Shown piece by piece: positions 7,526-15,234 of a stretch of DNA of 53,289 nucleotides (position 1 is its first letter; each line of letters opens with the position of its first letter). The stretch covers positions 1 to 53,289 of IMG/VR virus record IMGVR_UViG_3300039004_000002; one strand, 5' to 3'. Below the pieces are notes generated by a model that was given only the letters and a program-made list of their open reading frames with translations, was not told the origin of the DNA and did no database searches. Made by a program: the position numbers and the translations under genes. This stretch comes from a virus. Lineage: Duplodnaviria > Caudoviricetes.

Positions 7526-7555
7526 TTGCGATACGAGCGCCTGACGCTGTATAGT
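7526..7555 (+). promoter_or_regulatory. putative promoter (TTGCGA-18-TATAGT) upstream of structured non-coding segment
   Basis: Directly after the stop at 7522; same TTGC class as the other promoters. Confidence 0.6.
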
Positions 7556-7561
7556 ATGCAA

Positions 7562-7822
7562 TGTCAGCCGGCGGAGTAACTGATAGCCTTCCCATACACC
7601 GGAAGTGAACCAGCCAGGACGCCGGACACCCGGGCACCAGCGGGATATGACAATCAATATATTGGTGCCGTAAACTGAGTGAATCAGATATGAGTGCAAG
7701 CGCCCAAGTCCCGGGCGGTCGGCGTGACCCGGCGAAGGTATATGTCACGATGTATTCGACTTGTACAAGGATCTGAGTAGCTTGCCCCAAGGTGGGCACC
7801 CGGGCATGGTTCTGGGTGTCTA
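7562..7822 (+). ncRNA. candidate ~260-nt structured ncRNA or long structured leader
   Basis: Only long gene-free stretch in a tightly coupled region; many nested helices, with G-U pairs consistent with the + strand (see findings). Confidence 0.55.
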
Positions 7823-7846
7823 CCTACTTAACAAAGAGGACCCAGT

Positions 7847-8173
7847 ATGAGCGGCGATGACCTTTATATGGACGCCCATCTTCTTAACGATGAACCGTCC
7901 AGAGAATTTCAAGCGGGTATGAAGCCTGCACGAAAACACAATCACTATTTCAAAGATGTAAACAACCTCACAGAAGTTGACGTGTATCGGGTTTGCCAAC
8001 TGTTCAATGTTGACGATCCGAGCGGAGCAATCCAACACGCCATCAAGAAACTTCTCCTTCCAGGTCAGCGTGGAGCTGGCAAAAATCGTCGCAAGGACAT
8101 TCAGGAAGCTATTGACACCTTGAAACGTCGGCTTGAGATGATGGACGAGGACGGGGAGGTTCCACCTACTTAG
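7847..8173 (+). CDS. conserved phage protein (DUF3310/SaV-like)
   Basis: HNHY..DVYRV..F....AIQHAIKKLL.PGQRG.K...DIQEA; GAGGAC RBS. Confidence 0.7.
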   Translation: MSGDDLYMDAHLLNDEPSREFQAGMKPARKHNHYFKDVNNLTEVDVYRVCQLFNVDDPSGAIQHAIKKLLLPGQRGAGKNRRKDIQEAIDTLKRRLEMMDEDGEVPPT

Positions 8174-8181
8174 AGACTACT

Positions 8182-8415
8182 ATGGACTATCAAGAATTCT
8201 TTGGGCGCTTAGCCTTCTTTGCCTTCCTGGGACTTATATGCTCAGGTGTCATTACTCACATTTTGATGAATGTTGAAGAGAAGCGCGGATTCCCCTTCTC
8301 CCAAGAATTCTGGAAGGAACTGAAAATTGGCGTGTGGGTACTTGTATTCGCATTTGGAATTGGTGTCGATGTTTGGCTTGTTATGTGCATCATCGACTGG
8401 CTAGGTACAGACTAA
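8182..8415 (+). CDS. two-TM membrane protein
   Basis: Two hydrophobic helices. Confidence 0.7.
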   Translation: MDYQEFFGRLAFFAFLGLICSGVITHILMNVEEKRGFPFSQEFWKELKIGVWVLVFAFGIGVDVWLVMCIIDWLGTD

Positions 8416-8957
8416 TGAACTATGGACAATCTAAATTCGCCTCATTTATTGAAGCATGTGCCAACGCTGCTGCTGGCCTGATCTTTTCTTATACGATACA
8501 AATCGTTCTTATCCATGCTTATGGCGTGGAAATGTCAAATACTACGGCGGCGCACTTTGTCTTCTGGTTTACGATCGCTTCTGTATTCCGCTCCTATGTT
8601 ATACGCCGAATCGGGAATCTCCCGTATTGGGCCCGTATACGCGAGCGTAGGCGCAAGGCTAAACTGGCTCGGGAATGTGCGGAGCGCGGTCATTTGCCGA
8701 TTAGCAGCATTACAGGGCACACGTATTGCGAGCACTGCGAAGACTTACTACATACAGACCCAAAGGCTGTTGAGGAATTCGAGCGCGATCCCTTTAGTAT
8801 TGAGCCAACGGTCACTCTTATCAAACAGAAAGAGGGTGAACGTACAATCGTTCTGAAGAACTGCTTTGCTGACGAACAACAAATACAAGAGTTCTTGAAT
8901 AGCGAGCGCGGTGAGCGTCTAGTGATGGATATCATTAATGGAAAAAGAATCAACTAA
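8415..8957 (+). CDS. membrane protein with Zn-knuckle and C-terminal tape-measure-like peptide
   Basis: TAATG coupling; N-terminal QSK.ASFIEACAN...RSYVIRR two-TM family; C..GH..CEHC; C-terminus resembles the TMP end. Confidence 0.75.
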   Translation: MNYGQSKFASFIEACANAAAGLIFSYTIQIVLIHAYGVEMSNTTAAHFVFWFTIASVFRSYVIRRIGNLPYWARIRERRRKAKLARECAERGHLPISSITGHTYCEHCEDLLHTDPKAVEEFERDPFSIEPTVTLIKQKEGERTIVLKNCFADEQQIQEFLNSERGERLVMDIINGKRIN

Positions 8958-9303
8958 GAGTTGTCCGAAATGCGGTTGCACAGCTCTAGTTCTGTTGACC
9001 ACATTAAACAAGAAGATCTGCGGCGATTGCGGGGAACACATACCATGGTTCCTCGAGAAAGGGCAGAAGTCACTATTAACAAATAAAACAGGCGGTTCCG
9101 ATGACGATCAATGTACGACAAAAGGGCCAGGAGGGAGAACGCGAGATAGCGAAGATCCTGAACTCAATTGTGGCCAAGGTAAGGGACGAGTTCAAGCTGA
9201 AGCAGTACGCCAAGGAAGACGAACTGTTCCAGCGCAACCAGAACCAAAGCGCAGTTGGTGGATCAGACTTATCAAACCCACTCTATTTAGAAATCGAAGT
9301 TAA
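8938..9303 (+). CDS. zinc-ribbon protein (C-terminal part overlaps the resolvase gene)
   Basis: CPKC...CGDC. Confidence 0.55.
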   Translation: MEKESTKSCPKCGCTALVLLTTLNKKICGDCGEHIPWFLEKGQKSLLTNKTGGSDDDQCTTKGPGGRTRDSEDPELNCGQGKGRVQAEAVRQGRRTVPAQPEPKRSWWIRLIKPTLFRNRS

Positions 9304-9586
9304 GCGCCAAGAAGACCTCTCGGTGAATAGTTGGTGGAAGCAGTGTATAACTTCTGCAGAGCGCACCGGTGGAATACCAATATTAATATTCCGCCAGAAT
9401 AGAAAGAAATGGCGCGTGTGTATGCAAGCCGAGCTTCCCTTGTTTCCTGAGTGCTCAAAGAAGTATCTTGCTATGCCAAGAGTTCGAGTAGAAGTAGAAC
9501 TGGACACGTTTAAAGAATGGTTCAAGATGTATTATTCAGAATGGGTGAAGCATAATGCTGATAGAGAAGCGGGAACAGAAGATTGA
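9101..9586 (+). CDS. Hjc-type Holliday junction resolvase (PD-(D/E)xK)
   Basis: RQKGQEGERE, GGSDL, IEVKRQE, PILIFRQNRKKW. Confidence 0.85.
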   Translation: MTINVRQKGQEGEREIAKILNSIVAKVRDEFKLKQYAKEDELFQRNQNQSAVGGSDLSNPLYLEIEVKRQEDLSVNSWWKQCITSAERTGGIPILIFRQNRKKWRVCMQAELPLFPECSKKYLAMPRVRVEVELDTFKEWFKMYYSEWVKHNADREAGTED

Positions 9587-9962
9587 TAAAGAAGTGTGTC
9601 GCTATGTGCGCTCACGCTACACGATGATTGATGTTGAACCTGTGCAAGGCATGTTCAACTTTCGCTGCCATGAGAACTGTGTGCAGTGGGCAAAAAGTCG
9701 TCCTGATTTTGGTATAGCTGAAGTCATCTATATCGAGGATGACAAACCAATCCTTCATTATATCAATACGAAAGATGGAAAGTTTTACGAAACGACTCTT
9801 GGTTGGCGTGCTGATAATATTGAATATTATAAGATCAGGGATATACACGAATCCGACTGGATGCGCATACATTCTGAATTCTCACGTTCATTAGAATCTT
9901 GGCTTATGCAGTTCACGACATGGTTTGATCGGAAGGTTTTACGAATAGATCGAATTATGTGA
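9555..9962 (+). CDS. hypothetical protein with possible transglutaminase/papain-like C-H-E triad
   Basis: RCHENCV ... ILHYIN ... FYETT. Confidence 0.7.
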   Translation: MLIEKREQKIDKEVCRYVRSRYTMIDVEPVQGMFNFRCHENCVQWAKSRPDFGIAEVIYIEDDKPILHYINTKDGKFYETTLGWRADNIEYYKIRDIHESDWMRIHSEFSRSLESWLMQFTTWFDRKVLRIDRIM

Positions 9963-9966
9963 ATTG

Positions 9967-9996
9967 TTGCTAACCTCGAGAACCTTAGCCTATACT
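9967..9996 (+). promoter_or_regulatory. putative promoter (TTGCTA-18-TATACT) for TerS
   Basis: Intergenic, near-consensus. Confidence 0.6.
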
Positions 9997-10048
9997 CTAA
10001 GCGTATCATTATCACGGCCGGTGGCGGCATGAACGCGGAGTATTGGGC

Positions 10049-10549
10049 ATGGGTCCATCACAATTTATAGATCCCTTACTTAGAGAGAAAGAATTAAGCG
10101 AAGAAGAATTCCTTCTCAGAAAAGAATTTGTTCGCTGGTTCATGGAAACCAGGAACGCTTATGAAGCCTGTATCAAACTCGGATTCCTGGAAGCCTATGC
10201 TGTTGACTGGGCTAAAGCGTTCATGGCTGAAGGATATGTGCGCAGGCTTATATCTGAAGCTGAACGTGAGGAAGACACAGAAGAGGCCAGCTTAGAGCGA
10301 CAGCGTCGCTATAGGGCCCTGATGGAAAAAGAGGCGACATATTACGGCCCTGGATCGTCGCACGGCTCCAGGGTCTCTGCTATTGCCCACCTAATGAAAA
10401 TGGAGGGTATGGAAGCACCTGTTAAAACTGAAACTGAGTTTACTTATAAGGGTGGCGTGATGATGGTTCCCGCACTTACCAATCCAGACGAATGGGGCAA
10501 CCTTGCAGCCAAGTCTCAAGCACAATTGAAGGAAACTGTCAAGGATTAA
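10049..10549 (+). CDS. terS: terminase small subunit
   Basis: N-terminal HTH (EFVRWFMETRNAYEACIKLGF), RVSAIAHLMKMEGM, GGVMMVP; start of the late module; GGAG RBS before ATG 10049. Confidence 0.75.
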   Translation: MGPSQFIDPLLREKELSEEEFLLRKEFVRWFMETRNAYEACIKLGFLEAYAVDWAKAFMAEGYVRRLISEAEREEDTEEASLERQRRYRALMEKEATYYGPGSSHGSRVSAIAHLMKMEGMEAPVKTETEFTYKGGVMMVPALTNPDEWGNLAAKSQAQLKETVKD

Positions 10550-10552
10550 GTA

Positions 10553-10582
10553 TTGCCAGATGTTGCTTTTTTGCGCTAGTAT
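10553..10582 (+). promoter_or_regulatory. putative promoter (TTGCCA-18-TAGTAT) for the lysis cassette
   Basis: Intergenic; AGATG motif overlaps the -35. Confidence 0.45.
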
Positions 10583-10650
10583 TATCGCAATCGGAAACGG
10601 TCAGCCTCTGTGGTGGGGCGACTACCTACCATAAAGTATGAGGCTGTATT

Positions 10651-11022
10651 GTGAATGAAATGGGCGAAACCTTATCAAAATTAGTTGAAGCGGGTCTGGG
10701 CTATGTATGGTTTGTTATTCTTGCTGTATGGGGCGGAACGGTGAATTACCTGAGTCGTATAAAGCAAGGTAAAGTTGAAGCGTTTTCTTTCGTGGAGTTA
10801 ATGGGTGAATGGGCGGTCAGTGGGTTTGCGGGCTTACTGACGGCCTTTATATGTACCGAGATGGAAATGTCCTGGCACATGACAGCCTTCTTCACAGGTA
10901 TATCGGGGCATCTAGGTGGACGAGCTATTTACATGCTTGAGTCATATGCTAAAAGACATCTACCATTCCTTGATAAAGAAGTCCAGAAGCAGCGAACCAA
11001 AAAGGACGATGACAATGTTTGA
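10651..11022 (+). CDS. holin (LydA-like)
   Basis: Three TM segments, SGFAGLL and GISGHLGGRAI motifs, charged C-terminus, upstream of the endolysin. Confidence 0.85.
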   Translation: MNEMGETLSKLVEAGLGYVWFVILAVWGGTVNYLSRIKQGKVEAFSFVELMGEWAVSGFAGLLTAFICTEMEMSWHMTAFFTGISGHLGGRAIYMLESYAKRHLPFLDKEVQKQRTKKDDDNV

Positions 11023-11527
11023 TAAAGCATTCGATCGGGTATTTACCAATGAGGGCGGGTATCAGGATGATCCTGCTGATCGTGGGAACTGGACTTCTGG
11101 TGTTGTTGGGCAAGGGGAGTTGAAAGGTACAAAGTATGGCCTTGCAGCAATGACCTATCCCGACTTGGACATCAAGAACTTAACACTGGCAGAGGCCAAA
11201 GCTATTTACAAGCGTGATTGGTGGGACAAACTCGGAATGGAAAGTTTCCGTCCGGCAATGTCATATCAGATGTTTGATGCTGCTATCAATCACGGAATGT
11301 ACAATGCCACAAAGATCCTCCAATACGCCATAGGTGCAAAGGCGGATGGCATCATCGGTCCCAAGACGCGAGGCGCGGCTGCCAGTATGGAGCTCAACGA
11401 CTTGCTGATGTGTTTCCTGGCCGAGCGGCTTGTGTTTATGACAGATGTCCGCACCTGGGAGCGCTACGGGAAAGGGTGGGCACGACGTATCGCTCACAAT
11501 CTCAAACTGGCCTCAAACGACAACTAG
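11015..11527 (+). CDS. endolysin, glycoside hydrolase family 108 with PG-binding domain
   Basis: [41 protein letters not shown] (alternative start at 11009). Confidence 0.93.
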   Translation: MFDKAFDRVFTNEGGYQDDPADRGNWTSGVVGQGELKGTKYGLAAMTYPDLDIKNLTLAEAKAIYKRDWWDKLGMESFRPAMSYQMFDAAINHGMYNATKILQYAIGAKADGIIGPKTRGAAASMELNDLLMCFLAERLVFMTDVRTWERYGKGWARRIAHNLKLASNDN

Positions 11528-11535
11528 GAGTTCCT

Positions 11536-11820
11536 ATGAAACTGTTACACTTTCTATCTATCCTCGTTATGACTTTCTTCTCTGCAATGGCACTGGCGCA
11601 AACCGGTGAAGAGGGAAGCTCGTTCATGACATCCGTGTTCGCATTCTTCGACGCCTTCCCAGGCTGGTTGGTTGCGATCACAAGTGTGGTCACTGCTGCG
11701 ACTGCCGTCACTGCACTCACGCCGACGAAATCGGACGACGCCATTGTAAACGCCATTCTGAAGTTTCTCAACCTACTGGCGGGGAATTTTGGGCTCAACA
11801 AGAACGCGGACGATAAATAA
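11536..11820 (+). CDS. membrane protein in lysis cassette (holin-like/accessory)
   Basis: AGGAG RBS; signal-like N-terminus; [14 protein letters not shown] motif. Confidence 0.7.
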   Translation: MKLLHFLSILVMTFFSAMALAQTGEEGSSFMTSVFAFFDAFPGWLVAITSVVTAATAVTALTPTKSDDAIVNAILKFLNLLAGNFGLNKNADDK

Positions 11821-12050
11821 TGAACTGGCTCGCAATACTGCGGGCCCTGCTGGGCCTTGCCTCTTCCCTGACTTCTTATCTACAGAATAAGCAGCTCATT
11901 GAAGCAGGTGAGGCCCAAGCTATTGCGGAGGGTCTTAAGAATGCACAAGCTGCAACAGAAAAAGCGCGTAAGGCTCGTCGTGATGCTTTGCGTAAGTTTG
12001 ATGATTCTGGCGGGGTGCCAGATGATGAAGACCCAAACCTCCGCGATTGA
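11820..12050 (+). CDS. inner-membrane spanin (Rz-like)
   Basis: N-terminal hydrophobic anchor plus coiled coil; overlapped by a lipoprotein gene. Confidence 0.7.
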   Translation: MNWLAILRALLGLASSLTSYLQNKQLIEAGEAQAIAEGLKNAQAATEKARKARRDALRKFDDSGGVPDDEDPNLRD

Positions 12051-12171
12051 CGATGTTGCCGTCGCTTGCAACAGCTTTGAGCCTATTTCATATTCCCGGA
12101 CGGACACAGTTGAAACTCGAAGACAGATCGTCGCACATAATGCAGCCTATGCGGCTTTGTGCGGGGATTAA
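11941..12171 (+). CDS. outer-membrane spanin lipoprotein (Rz1-like)
   Basis: GGAGG RBS, lipobox LAG-C, overlaps the Rz-like gene in another frame; IVAHNAAYAALC ending. Confidence 0.75.
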   Translation: MHKLQQKKRVRLVVMLCVSLMILAGCQMMKTQTSAIDDVAVACNSFEPISYSRTDTVETRRQIVAHNAAYAALCGD

Positions 12172-12174
12172 TGA

Positions 12175-13728
12175 ATGCTTCCGGCAGTACAGACCCAGAC
12201 TCCAGAAGCGCCAGATGTAGTTTGGAGCCCATTAGACGGTTCCCAAGTCCTAGCGATATCCTGTCCCTGTAACCACATTCTATATGAGGGCACACGCGGC
12301 CCAGGTAAGACTGATGCTCAGCTCATGTACTTCCGACGCTTTGTTGGCATCGGATACGGACAGTTCTGGCGCGGTGTCATCTTCGATCGCGAATATAAAA
12401 ACCTTGACGACCTTATATCCAAGTCAAAACGCTGGTTCAGGCAGTTTGGGGATGGTGCCAAGTTTATCGCAAGCACAAGCCACCTGAAATGGATCTGGCC
12501 CACTGGGGAGGAACTTTGGTTCCGTGTAATGAAGACGGAACAAGACTATTGGAATTATCACGGGCACGAATTTCCATTCATTGGATGGAACGAGCTTACC
12601 AAGCAACCTAACTCCGAATTGTATGATATGGCGATGTCCTTGAACCGGACTTCGTTCCTACCTGACAAACACAGCCCGAAAGACCCTAAGACAGGTGAGA
12701 TGCAGATCCTGCCTGAAATTCCTCTTGTGGTATTCAGCACAACGAACCCTTATGGTGTTGGGCACAACTGGGTCAAGCAGCGTTTCATTGATGCAGCTCC
12801 TCCAGGTGTTATCGTACCTATCACAAGCGAAGTATTCAACCCGCGTACACAGCAGCGCGAACCCATTACCAAGACACAGGTGCGCCTGTTTGGGTCATAC
12901 AAAGAGAATATCTATCTATCCCCTGAATACATCTTAGAGCTGGAAAACATTCAGGACCCTAACAAGCGCCGAGCTTGGTTGTGGGGTGACTGGGATATCA
13001 CGAGCGGTGGCATGTTTGACGATGTGTGGTCAACTGAGCATAACATAGTCGAGCCTTTCCAAATTCCACCTGGTTGGAAGATCTTTCGTTCTTTTGACTG
13101 GGGGTCAAGTAAGCCATTCAGCGTTGGTTGGTGGGCTGAAAGTGACGGGTCAGATGTCATGCTTCCCAATGGCCAATGGAAGTCTACAGTACGAGGGGAT
13201 CTGTTTAGAATAGCAGAGTGGTATGGTTGGACTGGTGCAGCGAACCAGGGCGTCAAGATGCTCGCTACACAGATCGCAAAAGGAATCGTTGAACGAGAGA
13301 TCAGAATGGGCTATTATGGGCGGGTCAAAGCTGGCCCCGCTGATAGCTCTATCAACGATGTTGAGAATGGGAACTGCATTGCCACTGACATGGCGAAGAA
13401 AGTCACTATTAACGGGAAGCAGTATAAAGGGGTGACATGGACCCGAAGTATTAAGTCACCCGGCAGCAGAAAGAACGGCTGGGAAAAGATGCGTATAGCA
13501 ATCTTCAACGCTCAGCCTGATAATGGGCCAAGGGAATACCCGGGTCTGTTTGTGTTCCGTAACTGCCAGGACGGGTTCATAAGAACTGTGCCAAGCCTGT
13601 CACGTGATCCTAAAGATATGGACGATGTCAATACTGAGGATGAAGATCACGTAGCAGATGAGTCACGCTATGTTATACTATCGATGGGCGATCGCTTCTC
13701 TAGCGGGTCCACCACAGGTCACTTCTAA
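12175..13728 (+). CDS. terL: terminase large subunit
   Basis: GTRGPGKT (Walker A), IGWNELT, TTNPYGVGHNWVK, FDWGSSKPF, EDHVADESRY. Confidence 0.95.
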   Translation: MLPAVQTQTPEAPDVVWSPLDGSQVLAISCPCNHILYEGTRGPGKTDAQLMYFRRFVGIGYGQFWRGVIFDREYKNLDDLISKSKRWFRQFGDGAKFIASTSHLKWIWPTGEELWFRVMKTEQDYWNYHGHEFPFIGWNELTKQPNSELYDMAMSLNRTSFLPDKHSPKDPKTGEMQILPEIPLVVFSTTNPYGVGHNWVKQRFIDAAPPGVIVPITSEVFNPRTQQREPITKTQVRLFGSYKENIYLSPEYILELENIQDPNKRRAWLWGDWDITSGGMFDDVWSTEHNIVEPFQIPPGWKIFRSFDWGSSKPFSVGWWAESDGSDVMLPNGQWKSTVRGDLFRIAEWYGWTGAANQGVKMLATQIAKGIVEREIRMGYYGRVKAGPADSSINDVENGNCIATDMAKKVTINGKQYKGVTWTRSIKSPGSRKNGWEKMRIAIFNAQPDNGPREYPGLFVFRNCQDGFIRTVPSLSRDPKDMDDVNTEDEDHVADESRYVILSMGDRFSSGSTTGHF

Positions 13729-13740
13729 GGAGGCGCAACA

Positions 13741-15234
13741 ATGTCAGCCAAAAGTGTACACCCTTTCTATACTGCTATGCTTGAACGCTGGCAGCTTGGT
13801 CGTGATAGCTATGAAGGTGAAGATGCTATCAAACAACAAGGCAAGACTTACCTTCCAGCCACCTCTGGACAGATTGCAGATGGTGCGTTAACAGATAAAC
13901 AATCCCTTGGCGCAAAAGCCTATGAAGCATATAAGATGCGAGCAGTTTACCCTGACATCTATGCGGATGCCGTTGAAGCTGCGATTGGTATTATGCACAG
14001 GGAACCTCCGAAGATTGACCTTCCAGAAGTGCTTGAGCCTATGCGCGAAGACTGTACACTGCTAGGTGAGTCTTTGGATATGTTACTCCGCAAGATTAAC
14101 GCGCAACAGTTAAAGACGGGTCGCCTTGGTTTGTTAGGTGACATTCGAACGGATGGCGGGGAAGACCGCCCGGTGATTGTTACTTATAACGAATTAGCGA
14201 TTCGTAACTGGGACGATACTTCTATTGACGACGACGATGTGGATGTCCGCTTGGTAGTGCTTGACGAATCCGGGTATGAAATGGATTCCAACCTTGCCTG
14301 GACGTATAAAAACAAATATCGAATTCTTGGGCTTGTTGGAGAAGACGGTACGCTCAGTGATATGGGGAACTATGCTTCTAAGGTGTTTAACGAGGACGAC
14401 GACATCATTGGAGCTGTGCTTAATAAGCCTCAAATTAAAGGACAAGAGCTTGATCAGATTCCTTTCGTGTTTATCAATAGTAAGGACCTTTCACCAACAC
14501 CTGACAAACCTCCGATGGACGGATTGGCAAAACTTTGCCTGGCTATTTATCGCGGTGAAGCTGACTATCGCCAGAACTTGTTTATGCAGGGACAAGACAC
14601 ACTGGTTCGGATTGGCGTGCAAGGTGGGGATGACGATGAAGCTGTCCGTACTGGTGCAGGTGCTCGAATTGACGTACCACTTGGCGGGGATGCAAAGTAT
14701 ATCGGGGTGAACTCTCAAGGCCTACCTGAGCAGCGACAAGCACTGGAGAATGATTATAACAGAGCGATTCGCAAAAGCGGTCAGCTAATTGACTCCACAA
14801 GCAGAGCCAAGGAAAGTGGCGACGCGCTTCGCATACGTGTGGCCGCACAGACCGCTACACTGCCGCAAATCGCAATGACCGGGGCTGCTGGGCTTGAGCG
14901 TGTTTTGCGTGCCCTAGCTGTGTGGTACGGGGCGAATCCCGACGATGTAAAAGTAACACCCAACACTAACTTCACTGAAGCTGACCTTAACGGTCAGACT
15001 CTTGTGCAAATTGTTCAAGCCAAGATGCTTGGTGCTAAGCTGTCTGACGAATCAATCCATGAGTGGATGCAGGATCAAGGGTTTACGAAACAAACCTACG
15101 AAGACGAGCTCAAGCGAATGGACAAAGAGGAGCCTCTACCTGGCGCGGGGCTTCCCAGTCCAGCTGACCAGAATAACAATCAACCTGGGCAGCAACAGCA
15201 AGGCGGACCAGTAGATGGCAACACTGACCAGTAA
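13741..15234 (+). CDS. portal protein (DUF4055-like)
   Basis: Follows TerL, 497 aa; YLP..S, IPFVF, ADYRQNL, ESGDALRIR. Confidence 0.9.
   Translation: MSAKSVHPFYTAMLERWQLGRDSYEGEDAIKQQGKTYLPATSGQIADGALTDKQSLGAKAYEAYKMRAVYPDIYADAVEAAIGIMHREPPKIDLPEVLEPMREDCTLLGESLDMLLRKINAQQLKTGRLGLLGDIRTDGGEDRPVIVTYNELAIRNWDDTSIDDDDVDVRLVVLDESGYEMDSNLAWTYKNKYRILGLVGEDGTLSDMGNYASKVFNEDDDIIGAVLNKPQIKGQELDQIPFVFINSKDLSPTPDKPPMDGLAKLCLAIYRGEADYRQNLFMQGQDTLVRIGVQGGDDDEAVRTGAGARIDVPLGGDAKYIGVNSQGLPEQRQALENDYNRAIRKSGQLIDSTSRAKESGDALRIRVAAQTATLPQIAMTGAAGLERVLRALAVWYGANPDDVKVTPNTNFTEADLNGQTLVQIVQAKMLGAKLSDESIHEWMQDQGFTKQTYEDELKRMDKEEPLPGAGLPSPADQNNNQPGQQQQGGPVDGNTDQ

Noticed and set aside
7145-7799. Minus-strand ORFs (7145-7699, 7515-7799) explaining the gap
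   Set aside because: Antisense to the operon, no RBS or recognisable motif, and one overlaps a real gene
7562-7822. Structured region as tRNA, hammerhead, c-di-GMP-I riboswitch or retron msr/msd
   Set aside because: No T-loop/CCA cloverleaf, no CUGAUGA/GAAA core, no GEMM signature, and no reverse transcriptase anywhere in the window
9101-9303. 200-nt overlap of the Zn-ribbon ORF with the resolvase as a dual-coding innovation
   Set aside because: The overlapping tail looks like unstructured run-on; no supporting motif
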